A stretch of DNA of 64,000 nt from an archaeon (GTDB lineage: Archaea; Nanobdellota; Nanobdellia; Woesearchaeales; GW2011-AR15), in contig JABHXU010000001.1 in assembly GCA_018657065.1 (NCBI GenBank), positions 4,703 to 68,702 on the forward strand, given 5' to 3'. How positions within the stretch are numbered: position 1 is the stretch's first letter; each line of letters begins with the position of its first letter. Below, one piece after another: positions 49,920-60,495 of this stretch. The notes beneath the pieces were generated by a model. It saw nothing but the letters and a program-made list of their open reading frames with translations. It did not search any database and was not told the DNA's origin. The position numbers and the translations under genes are program-made.

Positions 49920-51722
49920 ATGAGCGAAGTAATATTAAACGGAAAATTCATAGGCAATGTTGAAAATCCTCAAAAACTCGTTGATTCATTTCAAGAAGAA
50001 AGGAGAAAAGGAAAGATTCATTATTCTATAAATATATATCAAGATAAAGTACTAAATCAAGTTATGATTGAATCATCAAAAGGAAGAGCAATTAGACCAC
50101 TTATTGTTGTAAAAGACGGTAAATCTCTTTTAACTGATAAACATCTAGAACAAATTCAAAAGAATGAATTAACTTTTTCAGATTTAGTAAACCAAGGAGT
50201 AATAGAATACTTGGATGCAATGGAAGAAGAAGCAGCTTTAGTTTCTTTTAATGAAAAAGGAATAACACTAAATCATACCCATATGGAAATTTTGCCTTTA
50301 GCAATAGTAGGTTTATGTACAAGTTTAGTTCCTTTTGGAAATTTTAATCAAAGTACAAGATTAAATGCAGGATCTAAAAATCAAAAACAAGCTTTAGGAT
50401 TATATACAGCAAACTATTTGGTTAGAATGGATATGGATGTTAATATTTTACAAACTCCTCAAATTCCAGTCGTTAAAACAATTATGCATGATTCTTGTGA
50501 TTATGAAAAACATCCTTCAGGACAAAATGTAGTTGTAGCAATTCTTAGTTTTGATGGATATAATATGGAAGACGCAATTTTACTAAATAAAGCGTCAGTT
50601 GAAAGAGGATTTGCTAGATCAACATATTATAGGCCTGTTATAACAGAAGAATTAAGATATTCAGGAGGTCTTATTGACGAAATTTCTGTTCCAGATAAAG
50701 ATGTTAAAGGATATAAAACTGAAAAGGATTATAGATTATTAGAAGGAGATGGAATTATTTATCCAGAAGCAGTTATTGCAGAAGGAGATGTAGTTATAGG
50801 AAAAACTTCCCCACCTAGATTCTTAAGTAGTTTAGATGAATATAATTTAACAACAAGTTCAAGAAGAGAATCTTCTATGACTATTAAACATGGTGAAAAA
50901 GGAATTGTTGATTTTATATTACTCACTGAAAACAATGAAGGTAATAAATTAGTTCAAGTAAGATTAAGAGACCAAAGAATTCCAGAAATGGGAGATAAGT
51001 TTACATCAAGACATGGTCAAAAAGGAGTTATTGGATTAATAATTGATACAGAAGACATGCCTTATTCAGCATCAGGTATTGTTCCAGACATTATATTTAA
51101 CCCACACGGTATTCCTTCAAGAATGACAATGTCACATTTGATTGAACTTATTGGTGGAAAAGTTGGTAGTTTAGCTGGAAGATATATTGATGGAACAGCA
51201 TTTGAATCAGAACAGCATGTTGATTTAAGAAAAGAATTGGCAAGAATGGGTTTTAGAGAAGATGGAACTGAAACATTTTATAATGGGAGAACAGGAGAAA
51301 TGTTAAAAGCCCAAATTTTTGTTGGTGACATGTATTACTTAAAATTAAAACACATGGTATCAAATAAAGTTCACGCTAGAGCAAGAGGTCCAATCCAATT
51401 ATTAACTAGACAACCTACCGAAGGTAGAGCAAAAGAAGGTGGTCTAAGATTAGGAGAAATGGAGAAAGATACTTTTGTAAGTCACGGAGTGGCATCACTT
51501 TTAAAAGAAAGATTTGATTCAGATAAGGTCGCAGTACCAGTTTGTATTAAATCTGGATTAATAGGTTATTATGACAAAAGAAAGGATAGACTTGTTAGCC
51601 CGATATATGGGGAGGGTGCAGAAATGGCTTATGTTGAAATGAGCTATGCATTTAAATTATTACTTGATGAGTTAAAATCATTTGGTATATATCCTAAATT
51701 AGAATTGGAGGACAAGTATTAG
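49920..51722 (+). CDS. rpoB1: RNA polymerase subunit Rpo2C (B')
   Basis: GYNMEDA, GDKFTSRHGQKG, RQPTEGRAKEGGLRLGEME. Confidence 0.97.
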   Translation: MSEVILNGKFIGNVENPQKLVDSFQEERRKGKIHYSINIYQDKVLNQVMIESSKGRAIRPLIVVKDGKSLLTDKHLEQIQKNELTFSDLVNQGVIEYLDAMEEEAALVSFNEKGITLNHTHMEILPLAIVGLCTSLVPFGNFNQSTRLNAGSKNQKQALGLYTANYLVRMDMDVNILQTPQIPVVKTIMHDSCDYEKHPSGQNVVVAILSFDGYNMEDAILLNKASVERGFARSTYYRPVITEELRYSGGLIDEISVPDKDVKGYKTEKDYRLLEGDGIIYPEAVIAEGDVVIGKTSPPRFLSSLDEYNLTTSSRRESSMTIKHGEKGIVDFILLTENNEGNKLVQVRLRDQRIPEMGDKFTSRHGQKGVIGLIIDTEDMPYSASGIVPDIIFNPHGIPSRMTMSHLIELIGGKVGSLAGRYIDGTAFESEQHVDLRKELARMGFREDGTETFYNGRTGEMLKAQIFVGDMYYLKLKHMVSNKVHARARGPIQLLTRQPTEGRAKEGGLRLGEMEKDTFVSHGVASLLKERFDSDKVAVPVCIKSGLIGYYDKRKDRLVSPIYGEGAEMAYVEMSYAFKLLLDELKSFGIYPKLELEDKY

Positions 51723-51731
51723 GTGTTTATC

Positions 51732-54311
51732 ATGGTTCCAGAATATATTCCAAACAAAATCAAATCAATCAAATTTGGTATAATTTCACCAAAAATGATT
51801 AAACAAATGTCAGTTGCCAAAGTAGTCACACCAGAATTATATGATAAAGAAGGATATCCAGTTGACGGAGGGTTAATGGATATTAGGCTAGGAGTTATTG
51901 ATCCAGGACTTGTTTGTAAAACAGATGGGTTAAAATTAAAAGAAAGTTTAGGTCATTTTGGATATATTGAACTTGCTAGACCTGTCATTCACATTAAATT
52001 TGCAAAATTAATATTGGATTTAATGAGATGTTCATGTAAAGAATGTGGTAGAGTTTTAATTCCAGACGAAGAAATAGCTAAAGTAATTAAAAAGACAAAA
52101 AAAGAAGGAAAAGTTAAAGATGCTAGGTCACAAAGAGTCATGGTTAAAGAAACAATTGTAAAACTTAGAACAATAACTAAGTGTCCACATTGTAAAGTAA
52201 CATTAGAAAAAATAAAAATTGAGAAACCTTCAACTTATTATGAAGGAGACAATAGAAGATTAAGCCCAATTGAAATTAGAACTAGACTAGAAAAAATACC
52301 TAATGAAGATTTAGAGTTATTTGGTCTAAATTCAGAAGTTTTTAGACCTGAGTGGGCAATTTTAACACTTTTACCTATTCCACCAGTAACAATGAGACCT
52401 TCTATTACCTTAGAATCTGGTGAAAGAAGTGAAGATGATTTAACACACAAATTAGGAGATGTAGTTAGAATTAACCAAAGATTATTTGAAAATATAAATG
52501 CAGGAGCTCCTGAAATAATTATCGAAGATCTATGGGATTTGTTACAATATCATATAACAACCTTTATTGATAACAATGTAGCACAATTACCTCCAGCAAG
52601 ACACCGAAGTGGTCAACCATTAAAAACTATCACTGAAAGAATAAAAAGTAAAGAAGGAAGAATAAGACATAATTTAGCAGGTAAAAGAACAAATTTCTCA
52701 GCTAGAACCGTCATTAGTCCTGATTCAATGATTGCACTTGATGAAGTAGGTGTTCCTTTAGTTGTAGCAATGAAAATGACTGTTCCAGAAAGAATAACCG
52801 AATGGAACTTTGAATACTTAAAAGAATATGTTAAAAGAGGACCAAAAAAATATCCAGGAGCAAATTATGTAGTTAGACCAGATGGAAAGAAAAAGAAAAT
52901 TACAGATGAAACAAAAGAAGCTCTATTAGAAGAATTACAAATGGGATATTTAATTGAGAGGCATATTATTGATGATGATGTTGCAATCTTTAACAGACAA
53001 CCATCTCTTCACAGAATGAGTATGATGTGTCACAAGACTAGAGTTATTCCAGGATTAACATTTAGATTAAATCCGGCTGTTTGTGCACCTTATAATGCAG
53101 ATTTTGACGGGGACGAGATGAATTTACACGTACCTCAAACAGAAGAAGCAAGAGCAGAAGCAGAATTGTTAATGGAAGTTGAAACACAATTGATTAGTCC
53201 TAGATATGGTTTAGGGATTATTGCATGTAATCATGATTCAATTGGTGGAAATTATATGTTAACAAAGATGCTTGATTTCAAAAAAGCGGAAGCAATTGAA
53301 TTATTAGCTTCAGTTGGTGTTGAAGATTTTAGTTCCTTACCTAAAAAGGATGTAGTATCTGGAAAAGAAATTTTTTCAGTATTAATTCCTAAAGACTTTA
53401 ATTTTATAGGTAAAGCTAGAGATGGAACAAAAGTCGTTATTAAGAACGGATTGTTAAGAGAAGGATTTATGGATTCAGCTAATTTAGGTAGTGGAAAAGG
53501 ACTTTTAATTAGAAATCTTCAAAAAAGATATGGTAATGAGGAAGCACTTAGAATACTTGGTGCCATATTTAGACTTGGAGTTAAAACCTTATTTGTTCAT
53601 GGATTTACTGCAGCATTTTCTGATACAGATTTAGAAAAAGAAAATCAACAAGAGATTCAAGATATTTTAGATAATGCAGAAAAGAAAGTAAATAGTTTAA
53701 TTGAAATCTTTGAAAAAGGAGATTTAGACGCTTTTCCAGGTAGATCAATTGAAGAAACATTAGAATTAAAGATTCTTGAAACTTTAAACAAAGCAAGAAA
53801 TGATGCTGGAAGAGTTGTAGCAAAATCACTTGATGAAACAAAAAACACTCTAATAATGAGTAAATCAGGTGCAAGAGGAAATATTATTAATCTTGCTCAG
53901 ATGGCTGCAATTGTAGGTCAGCAAGCTCTTAGAGGAAAAAGAATTGAAAAAGGATACAAAGGAAGAACTTTGTCATGCTTTAAAGATGGAGATTTAAGAT
54001 CAGCACCAAGAGGATTTATTAAAAAAGGGTTTAGACAAGGTTTAGAGCCTCATGAATTTTTCTTCATGGCTATGACAGGACGAGATTCATTAATGGATAC
54101 TGCACTAAGAACTCCTAAATCTGGTTACTTATATAGAAGATTAGCTAATGCAATGCAAGACTTAAAAGTCGAATACGACGGAACAGTTAGAAATTCGTCA
54201 AAAAGAATTATTCAATTTGAGTATGGTGAAGATAGTATTGATGTTTCCAAATCTGAAGCAGGAAAAATTAATGTACACAGAATAATTGAATCAGTTATGG
54301 AGGGTAAATAA
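51732..54311 (+). CDS. rpoA1: RNA polymerase subunit Rpo1N (A')
   Basis: NRQPSLH, YNADFDGDEMN catalytic motif, SGYLYRRL. Confidence 0.98.
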   Translation: MVPEYIPNKIKSIKFGIISPKMIKQMSVAKVVTPELYDKEGYPVDGGLMDIRLGVIDPGLVCKTDGLKLKESLGHFGYIELARPVIHIKFAKLILDLMRCSCKECGRVLIPDEEIAKVIKKTKKEGKVKDARSQRVMVKETIVKLRTITKCPHCKVTLEKIKIEKPSTYYEGDNRRLSPIEIRTRLEKIPNEDLELFGLNSEVFRPEWAILTLLPIPPVTMRPSITLESGERSEDDLTHKLGDVVRINQRLFENINAGAPEIIIEDLWDLLQYHITTFIDNNVAQLPPARHRSGQPLKTITERIKSKEGRIRHNLAGKRTNFSARTVISPDSMIALDEVGVPLVVAMKMTVPERITEWNFEYLKEYVKRGPKKYPGANYVVRPDGKKKKITDETKEALLEELQMGYLIERHIIDDDVAIFNRQPSLHRMSMMCHKTRVIPGLTFRLNPAVCAPYNADFDGDEMNLHVPQTEEARAEAELLMEVETQLISPRYGLGIIACNHDSIGGNYMLTKMLDFKKAEAIELLASVGVEDFSSLPKKDVVSGKEIFSVLIPKDFNFIGKARDGTKVVIKNGLLREGFMDSANLGSGKGLLIRNLQKRYGNEEALRILGAIFRLGVKTLFVHGFTAAFSDTDLEKENQQEIQDILDNAEKKVNSLIEIFEKGDLDAFPGRSIEETLELKILETLNKARNDAGRVVAKSLDETKNTLIMSKSGARGNIINLAQMAAIVGQQALRGKRIEKGYKGRTLSCFKDGDLRSAPRGFIKKGFRQGLEPHEFFFMAMTGRDSLMDTALRTPKSGYLYRRLANAMQDLKVEYDGTVRNSSKRIIQFEYGEDSIDVSKSEAGKINVHRIIESVMEGK

Positions 54312-54312
54312 A

Positions 54313-55467
54313 ATGGAAGCCCTATACAAGGAATATCAAGATAAAATTTCAGGTAAATTACTTAGTGATATAAAAGAAGCAATGCCTGAAAAATACACAA
54401 AATCACAACTAAAAGAAATATTAGATTTAGTTGCAGAAGAATATGAAGTTTCAAAAATTGAAGCAGGAGAATCTGTTGGTCTTGTTAGTGCACAGTCAGT
54501 AGGAGAACCTGGAACCCAGATGACTCTTAACACATTTCATTTTGCAGGAGTAGCAGAATTTAACGTTACAGTTGGTCTTCCTAGAATTATTGAAATATTA
54601 GATGGAAGAAAAAAGATTTCAACTCCGATGATGGAAATTTATTTAAAAGGACCATACGCAAAAGGTAAAGATATTAAAAAAATTGCCGAGTCAATTAAAC
54701 AAACAGAATTTAGGGATTTTATTAGAGAAATTAGTTTAGAAATAACTGAAGGAATTCTAGAAGTAACAATTGATTTAGACAAATTGAAAAGAGTTGACTT
54801 AAAAGAAGTTAAATTAATGAAAATTCTTGAAAAAGCACTTAAAGGTTTTACATTAAAACAAGATAAAAATAAAGTTATAATTAAAACAAAAGGAAAACAA
54901 GAGAGTATTTCTGAATTATATAAAGCAAAAGAAAAAATTAAATCAATATATGTTTCAGGAATTAAGGGTATCTTACAAGTTCTGCCTGTTAAAAGAGAAG
55001 AAGAATTTATTATTATGACTGCAGGAAGTAATTTAAAAGAGATCTTTAAACTTGATTATGTTGATACTGATAGAACATTAACAAATGATATTTTTGAAAT
55101 TAGAGACATATTAGGAATTGAAGCAGCTAGACAAGCAGTTATCAATGAAGTCTTCAAAGTTATTGAAAATCAAGGTTTAAATGTAGATATTAGACACATT
55201 ATGCTTATATCTGATACAATGTCTTTTACAGGAAAAGTAAGAGGAATTACTAGATATGGAGTTGTTAATGATAAATCTTCAGTCCTTGCTAGAGCTTCTT
55301 TTGAAACTCCAGTTAAACATATTATTAATGCTGCACTAATTGGTGAAACTGATCCTCTTTCAAGTGTAGTTGAGAATGTTATGATTAATCAGATGATTCC
55401 TGTAGGAACTGGGTTACCTAAATTAGTTGCACAGATAAACAAAAAAGAGGATAAAAAGAAGAAATAA
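54313..55467 (+). CDS. rpoA2: RNA polymerase subunit Rpo1C (A'')
   Basis: SAQSVGEPGTQMTLNTFH, VLARASFE, GTG. Confidence 0.97.
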   Translation: MEALYKEYQDKISGKLLSDIKEAMPEKYTKSQLKEILDLVAEEYEVSKIEAGESVGLVSAQSVGEPGTQMTLNTFHFAGVAEFNVTVGLPRIIEILDGRKKISTPMMEIYLKGPYAKGKDIKKIAESIKQTEFRDFIREISLEITEGILEVTIDLDKLKRVDLKEVKLMKILEKALKGFTLKQDKNKVIIKTKGKQESISELYKAKEKIKSIYVSGIKGILQVLPVKREEEFIIMTAGSNLKEIFKLDYVDTDRTLTNDIFEIRDILGIEAARQAVINEVFKVIENQGLNVDIRHIMLISDTMSFTGKVRGITRYGVVNDKSSVLARASFETPVKHIINAALIGETDPLSSVVENVMINQMIPVGTGLPKLVAQINKKEDKKKK

Positions 55468-55500
55468 TTTTTTTATTTTTACTTAATTTATATTAATTAT

Positions 55501-55860
55501 TTATCCTCTAAATAATGTTTTTAATTTTGCTTCTTTACTTTTAAAGAATTCTTTAGAGAATAACATTGCTTTTTGGTCGTTAAATTTTTTGCAAGCAAAA
55601 ATATCAATAAATGCTCTTAGATTTATTTCATCTAAATGAACTACTAGCGTTGAAGTTTCAATAAATTGCATTGCAGATAATCCTTCCAAATTACCTTCTC
55701 CAAATCTTTCAATTTTTGGGTTTCCAAAAGGTTTAACATCAATTTCTTTACATAAATATGTGCAAAAATTAGATAATAGTTTTTTATCAATTAATAGTTC
55801 ATATTTACAATCAAATAAATCAATTAATGTTGTTTGTCCCCAAGGTAAACTTTTAACCAT
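55501..55860 (-). CDS. speD: S-adenosylmethionine decarboxylase proenzyme (pyruvoyl-dependent)
   Basis: WG...IDLFDC, G.SAMQFIETS..VH, FIDIFACK. Confidence 0.78.
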   Translation of the reverse strand: MVKSLPWGQTTLIDLFDCKYELLIDKKLLSNFCTYLCKEIDVKPFGNPKIERFGEGNLEGLSAMQFIETSTLVVHLDEINLRAFIDIFACKKFNDQKAMLFSKEFFKSKEAKLKTLFRG

Positions 55861-55872
55861 TTTAGAAAAAAA

Positions 55873-57282
55873 TTAAAGGCCAAAACTAACTTGGCTTTTA
55901 TTTGATTTAACTACTCTTTCTGTATCTTTTCTTAGGAATTTAATTTTAGCAGATGGAAGAGTTAAACCTCCTACAATAGTCATTCTAGTTTTAATTCTAT
56001 AACTAATTATTCTTTCTTCAAAAGGTTCAAGAACTTCAAATTCCCATTTAATAATTGTACCTTTTTTATGGTGTTTAAGAATTTTAGTAGGTTCTAGAGT
56101 TCCTAGATGTTCTTGTTTTACCAAATTAGCTATAGGAGAGACTAAATCAGTTAGAGTTAAATTTTCAATTAATTCAGCACTTCTATTTCTTAAATGTAAA
56201 AGAACTTTCATTTCAGAAATACCGTCATCACTAGGGCCAACTACAATTGATTCTTTTTTAATCAAAACAGGACTTCTATAGATAAAATATACCATTAAAA
56301 CAATAATACTCATTAAAATTAAATATAATGCAGGTCTATAATTTCTTACAACACTAATATGTGCTTCTTCATTTGGTTGTAGGTCTAAAGACCATTCAAA
56401 ATATTGATTTTTAAGATTAGTTGTGTCTGGTTTAGGATCCGTTTTTGTAAATAATTTTTGTAAAACTGTAGTATGGACTTTAAAATTTGATTTCTTTTTA
56501 ATATTTCCGTTGTTTGTAACAATGTAATCTGTACTTATTTTAAATAATCCTTTAATTTTATCTTGGGATTCTTTAAACTCAGAATAAGCAATAACTTCAT
56601 GATTAATCCTTTCTCTATTTACTGTTTTATTATTATAAATAAGTGAGACTTCTAAAATATCTTCTTTTGGTTTTGTATTTGGATCAATCATGTACTGCAT
56701 GTTTTCTTTAGTTTCTGAAAGAGGTTCTAAATTTATAATTTTATTATCATTAATTAATTCGCTATTTATTAAGATTTGAAGATTTTTTATATCCAATCTA
56801 TTTCTATTTCTAATATAAAGTTCTAACGGAATAGGTTCTCTAGGATCAATTTCTTTAGGATATGAAATTCTAAGTTCAATTGAAGGACTATATTCTTTAG
56901 GTGAATCATCATAGGATTTGACAAATACAGGAACTTGGAGAGTAGATTTTTCTTTGGAATTAGGACTTTCAACAATTATTTTAACACTTTGAGATCCTGT
57001 ATGAGCCCATGCACTTGGCAAAAGAGTTACTGTGAATTTTTTTTTTTGATTTCCTAAAATATTAGCAGGCGAAGGTTCAGAATCAACGTACCATTTTATA
57101 TCTGAAGTAAAAATGTTTAAATTTTTAGAATGAGAATCTGTATTATTTACAAATACATAAAATACTGCTTGTTCATCTAAATAGATGCTATTTTCAACAG
57201 ATTCTGCTGTGATTTTTAAATCAGCATGTGTTAAACCAACTAGTAAAATTAGTAGTGTTAAGATAATTATCCCTTTTTTCAT
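55873..57282 (-). CDS. Secreted/membrane-anchored beta-sandwich repeat protein
   Basis: Signal peptide MKKGIIILTLL, beta-rich domains, internal TM helix. Confidence 0.7.
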   Translation of the reverse strand: MKKGIIILTLLILLVGLTHADLKITAESVENSIYLDEQAVFYVFVNNTDSHSKNLNIFTSDIKWYVDSEPSPANILGNQKKKFTVTLLPSAWAHTGSQSVKIIVESPNSKEKSTLQVPVFVKSYDDSPKEYSPSIELRISYPKEIDPREPIPLELYIRNRNRLDIKNLQILINSELINDNKIINLEPLSETKENMQYMIDPNTKPKEDILEVSLIYNNKTVNRERINHEVIAYSEFKESQDKIKGLFKISTDYIVTNNGNIKKKSNFKVHTTVLQKLFTKTDPKPDTTNLKNQYFEWSLDLQPNEEAHISVVRNYRPALYLILMSIIVLMVYFIYRSPVLIKKESIVVGPSDDGISEMKVLLHLRNRSAELIENLTLTDLVSPIANLVKQEHLGTLEPTKILKHHKKGTIIKWEFEVLEPFEERIISYRIKTRMTIVGGLTLPSAKIKFLRKDTERVVKSNKSQVSFGL

Positions 57283-57364
57283 ATGATCTCCCCAATAATT
57301 ATAGAGAATAACTGCTTTATTAATTTTTGCGTTTTTTAGTAAATAATTAATCTTCAAAAATTAA

Positions 57365-58042
57365 TTATTTTTCAATTATTGTTCCAATAAATGCTTTACC
57401 TTCAAAATAATCTTGAATATTTTTTAGATTTGTGCCTTTAAGGATGATTACAGACATTTTGTTTTTTTGAGCTTCTATACTCGCAATTGGATCAAAAGGA
57501 CTATTTAATCTCGGTGTCCATTTATTTCCAACTATTTTTCTAAATTCTTTCCAAGAAATATTAAAAAGTTTTTTTGCATCTTTGTTTGACCTAGGATCTT
57601 TATCATACACATATTCAATGTTTGTAAGATTTAGAATTTTTTTAGCACCTAATTTATTACCTAAATAAACTGCAATATAATCAGTGGATCTACCTGGTTT
57701 CCATCCTGAAGCAATAATGATCTTTTTGTTTGTAATTATTTTTTTTGTTGGATCATGAATAACGTTTTCATAAGCATAGTCACCAAATATAACTCTAACA
57801 AGTTCAGAATTAAGTTTTGTGGCAGCTATTCCTAAATAATCTAAGTTTTCATCACTGATATCTGAGACTCTTTTAGCAGCACTATTATAATAAGAACTTG
57901 TTTTTCCACCACCACAGACTATGATAAATTTGTATTTATTTAGATTATTTATTATAAAATTTTTAAATTCCTTTAAAAAAAAGTAATCGGGTTTATCTGG
58001 TGCAATTATAGATCCACCAACTGATAAAACTATGGTTTCCAT
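57365..58042 (-). CDS. pyrH: Uridylate kinase (archaeal type)
   Basis: VLSVGGS, VCGGG, GWKPGRSTD, VYDKDP, PFDPIAS. Confidence 0.95.
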   Translation of the reverse strand: METIVLSVGGSIIAPDKPDYFFLKEFKNFIINNLNKYKFIIVCGGGKTSSYYNSAAKRVSDISDENLDYLGIAATKLNSELVRVIFGDYAYENVIHDPTKKIITNKKIIIASGWKPGRSTDYIAVYLGNKLGAKKILNLTNIEYVYDKDPRSNKDAKKLFNISWKEFRKIVGNKWTPRLNSPFDPIASIEAQKNKMSVIILKGTNLKNIQDYFEGKAFIGTIIEK

Positions 58043-58128
58043 GATGCAATCAAAAATTTGTATCTATAAAAGATTTCCTATTAACAAAACCAAAAATTAT
58101 AAATAGGAGATTTGTTAATTTTTAAGTT

Positions 58129-58524
58129 ATGGCAGAATTAGTATTATTACCCGCATTTGTAATGGGGGCTATAGTTGGTTTAATTGAATTATTTTTTGTT
58201 CATGCAGATGAAGTAGGAATGGGTTGGTTGTTACATGGATTACACGCACTTCCTTTTACTGTTTTATTTGTATTTGTTAGTATGAATGTTTCATTTATAT
58301 ATGGTTTTCTTCCAGGAGGATTAACAGAAAATCTTTGGGTTGATTTAGGAATACGAGCAGCTGTGTCTATTATTGGAATGATAAAAATAGCAGCAGCAGC
58401 AGCAATAGCCGGAAGAGTTGGAGAAAGAATTCATCATACGATTATTATAGGTGCATTAATATTTGCTTCACCATATATTTGGATGTTTATAGGTCCTTTT
58501 GTTCCTTTACCTGCGTGGTTATAA
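58129..58524 (+). CDS. Hypothetical membrane protein
   Basis: Four hydrophobic helices with several His (HADE, HGLHA). Confidence 0.65.
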   Translation: MAELVLLPAFVMGAIVGLIELFFVHADEVGMGWLLHGLHALPFTVLFVFVSMNVSFIYGFLPGGLTENLWVDLGIRAAVSIIGMIKIAAAAAIAGRVGERIHHTIIIGALIFASPYIWMFIGPFVPLPAWL

Positions 58525-58537
58525 AAATAAATAAATT

Positions 58538-60445
58538 TTATTTTATTTTTTGTACATCAATATAATTAACATGTTCTAATGTTTTTAATATTTCAACAGT
58601 TTTTTTAACATCTGTTTCAGAATTAATTTTAATTTTTAATGTTATCAAAATTGATCTTTTATGAGGTTTTAAATTAATTGAGAGAACATTAATGTTAAAT
58701 TTTAATAAACTATTTAGAATTTGTTCAACCATGGCTAATTTGTCTTCAACATAGACATTGATTTTTCTAATGTCCTTTTGAGGTACATTCCAACTAACTT
58801 TTATTTTCCTACTTTTTCCCATGGTGTGAATATTTGGACAATTTGTTTTATGAACGGTTATAGTTCCTTCTTTCATTTTATATGCAACAATTTTATCTTC
58901 AAATTTTGGATTACAACATTTAGAAAGTTTAAGTTGTGCTTTTTTTCCTTCAAATGCAATATATTTTGCTAAGTTTATTTTATCTTTTTTTTGTCTTACT
59001 TGTTTAGGATCGATGTCTGATTCAATTCCTAATGAAGATCTAATTTTTTGTTTCGCTTTACTAGATACAACAAAAGAAAGCCAAGATCTAGAAGGTTTTG
59101 AATTTGGTGAAGTTATGATGTGAATAACATCTCCACTTTTTAATTTGTAATCCAATGCAACTAATTTTTTATTAACTCTAGCTTTAGAACAACTGTCTCC
59201 AATTTTGGTATGTATTTCATATGCAAAATCTAATGGTGTTGATTCTTCAGGTAGTATAATTGGATCACCTTTTGGAGAAAAGACTACAATTTCATCTCTA
59301 AACAAATCAACTCGCAAAGTGTCTAGAAATTCCCCTGGTGCTTTTCTTTTCCAATCTAAAACTTGTTCAAGCCAAGAAATTCTTTTATCAAATTTTTTAT
59401 CTCTATCTGTTCCTTTGTATCTCCAATGAGCAGCAACACCGTATTTAGCTACGTAGTGCATATCAACAGTTCTGATTTGAACTTCTAATACAACGTCAAA
59501 AGGAGTGGCAACGTCAGTATGAAGAGATTGGTAACCATTTGATTTAGGAACAGCAACATAATCTTTAAATCTTCCAGGAATAGGTTTCCATAGTTGATGA
59601 ATTTCAGCAAGAACTCTATAACAGTCAGGAATAGATTTAACAATGATTCTAATTGCAATTAAATCGTATATTTCATCAAAACTTTTTTTATCACTGATCA
59701 TTTTTTTGTAGATACTAAAAAAATATTTTGCTCGACCAGAGACTTCAAAATATTCAATTTTTTTTTCTTCTAAATTCTTTTTAACTAAACCTAGAATCAT
59801 TTCTGCTTTGTCTTCCCTATTTTCTCTTTTTTCATTTATTCTTTTTTTAAGATATTGATAAATATCAGGTTTTAAATATCTAAGAGACAGATCTTCAAGT
59901 TCTCCTTTGATAGAATATAATCCCAATTTGTGGGCAATAGGAGCATAAATTTCCATAGTTTCTTTTGAAATTCTTTTTTGTTTATCCTCTCTAAGATGTT
60001 TGAGAGTTCTCATATTATTTAATCTATCAGCTAGTTTAATTAATATAACTCTAACGTCTTTAGTAGTGGCAAGTAATATTTTTCTCCAATTTTCAGCAGT
60101 GTATGCTTCAGGTGAATCAAAATTAACTTTAGTGGTTTTAGTTTCCCCTTCAACTAAAGATGCAATTTCAGTGCCAAATTCTTTTTCAATGTCTTTTAAA
60201 TTATATGGTGATTCTTCAATTACATCATGAAGTAAAGCAGCACAAATTGTTGGAATATCAGGTTTAAATTCAAGTAATATATTTACAACTTCTACAGGAT
60301 GATCAATATAATCGTGTCCAGACATTCTTTTTTGTCCACTATGAGCGTCCTTTGAACGTTCGTATGCTTTTTGAATTAATTTTAAATCAGATTTAGGATC
60401 ATATGATTTTACTTCAGTTAAAATATTTTGTAATGCTTTATCCAT
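58538..60445 (-). CDS. rel: Long RelA/SpoT homologue, (p)ppGpp synthetase/hydrolase
   Basis: HD domain (HP..V, LLHDVIE, KLADRL.NMRT), synthetase (GR.K...SIYKKM, DLIAIR, RFKDY..PK.NGYQSLHT, EVQIRT, AAHWRYK), TGS, CC/H/C Zn finger, ACT. Confidence 0.95.
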   Translation of the reverse strand: MDKALQNILTEVKSYDPKSDLKLIQKAYERSKDAHSGQKRMSGHDYIDHPVEVVNILLEFKPDIPTICAALLHDVIEESPYNLKDIEKEFGTEIASLVEGETKTTKVNFDSPEAYTAENWRKILLATTKDVRVILIKLADRLNNMRTLKHLREDKQKRISKETMEIYAPIAHKLGLYSIKGELEDLSLRYLKPDIYQYLKKRINEKRENREDKAEMILGLVKKNLEEKKIEYFEVSGRAKYFFSIYKKMISDKKSFDEIYDLIAIRIIVKSIPDCYRVLAEIHQLWKPIPGRFKDYVAVPKSNGYQSLHTDVATPFDVVLEVQIRTVDMHYVAKYGVAAHWRYKGTDRDKKFDKRISWLEQVLDWKRKAPGEFLDTLRVDLFRDEIVVFSPKGDPIILPEESTPLDFAYEIHTKIGDSCSKARVNKKLVALDYKLKSGDVIHIITSPNSKPSRSWLSFVVSSKAKQKIRSSLGIESDIDPKQVRQKKDKINLAKYIAFEGKKAQLKLSKCCNPKFEDKIVAYKMKEGTITVHKTNCPNIHTMGKSRKIKVSWNVPQKDIRKINVYVEDKLAMVEQILNSLLKFNINVLSINLKPHKRSILITLKIKINSETDVKKTVEILKTLEHVNYIDVQKIK

Positions 60446-60495
60446 GAAAAACCTAAAGATAAGAAAATATTAAAAGATTGTGGATTCAAAGCATG

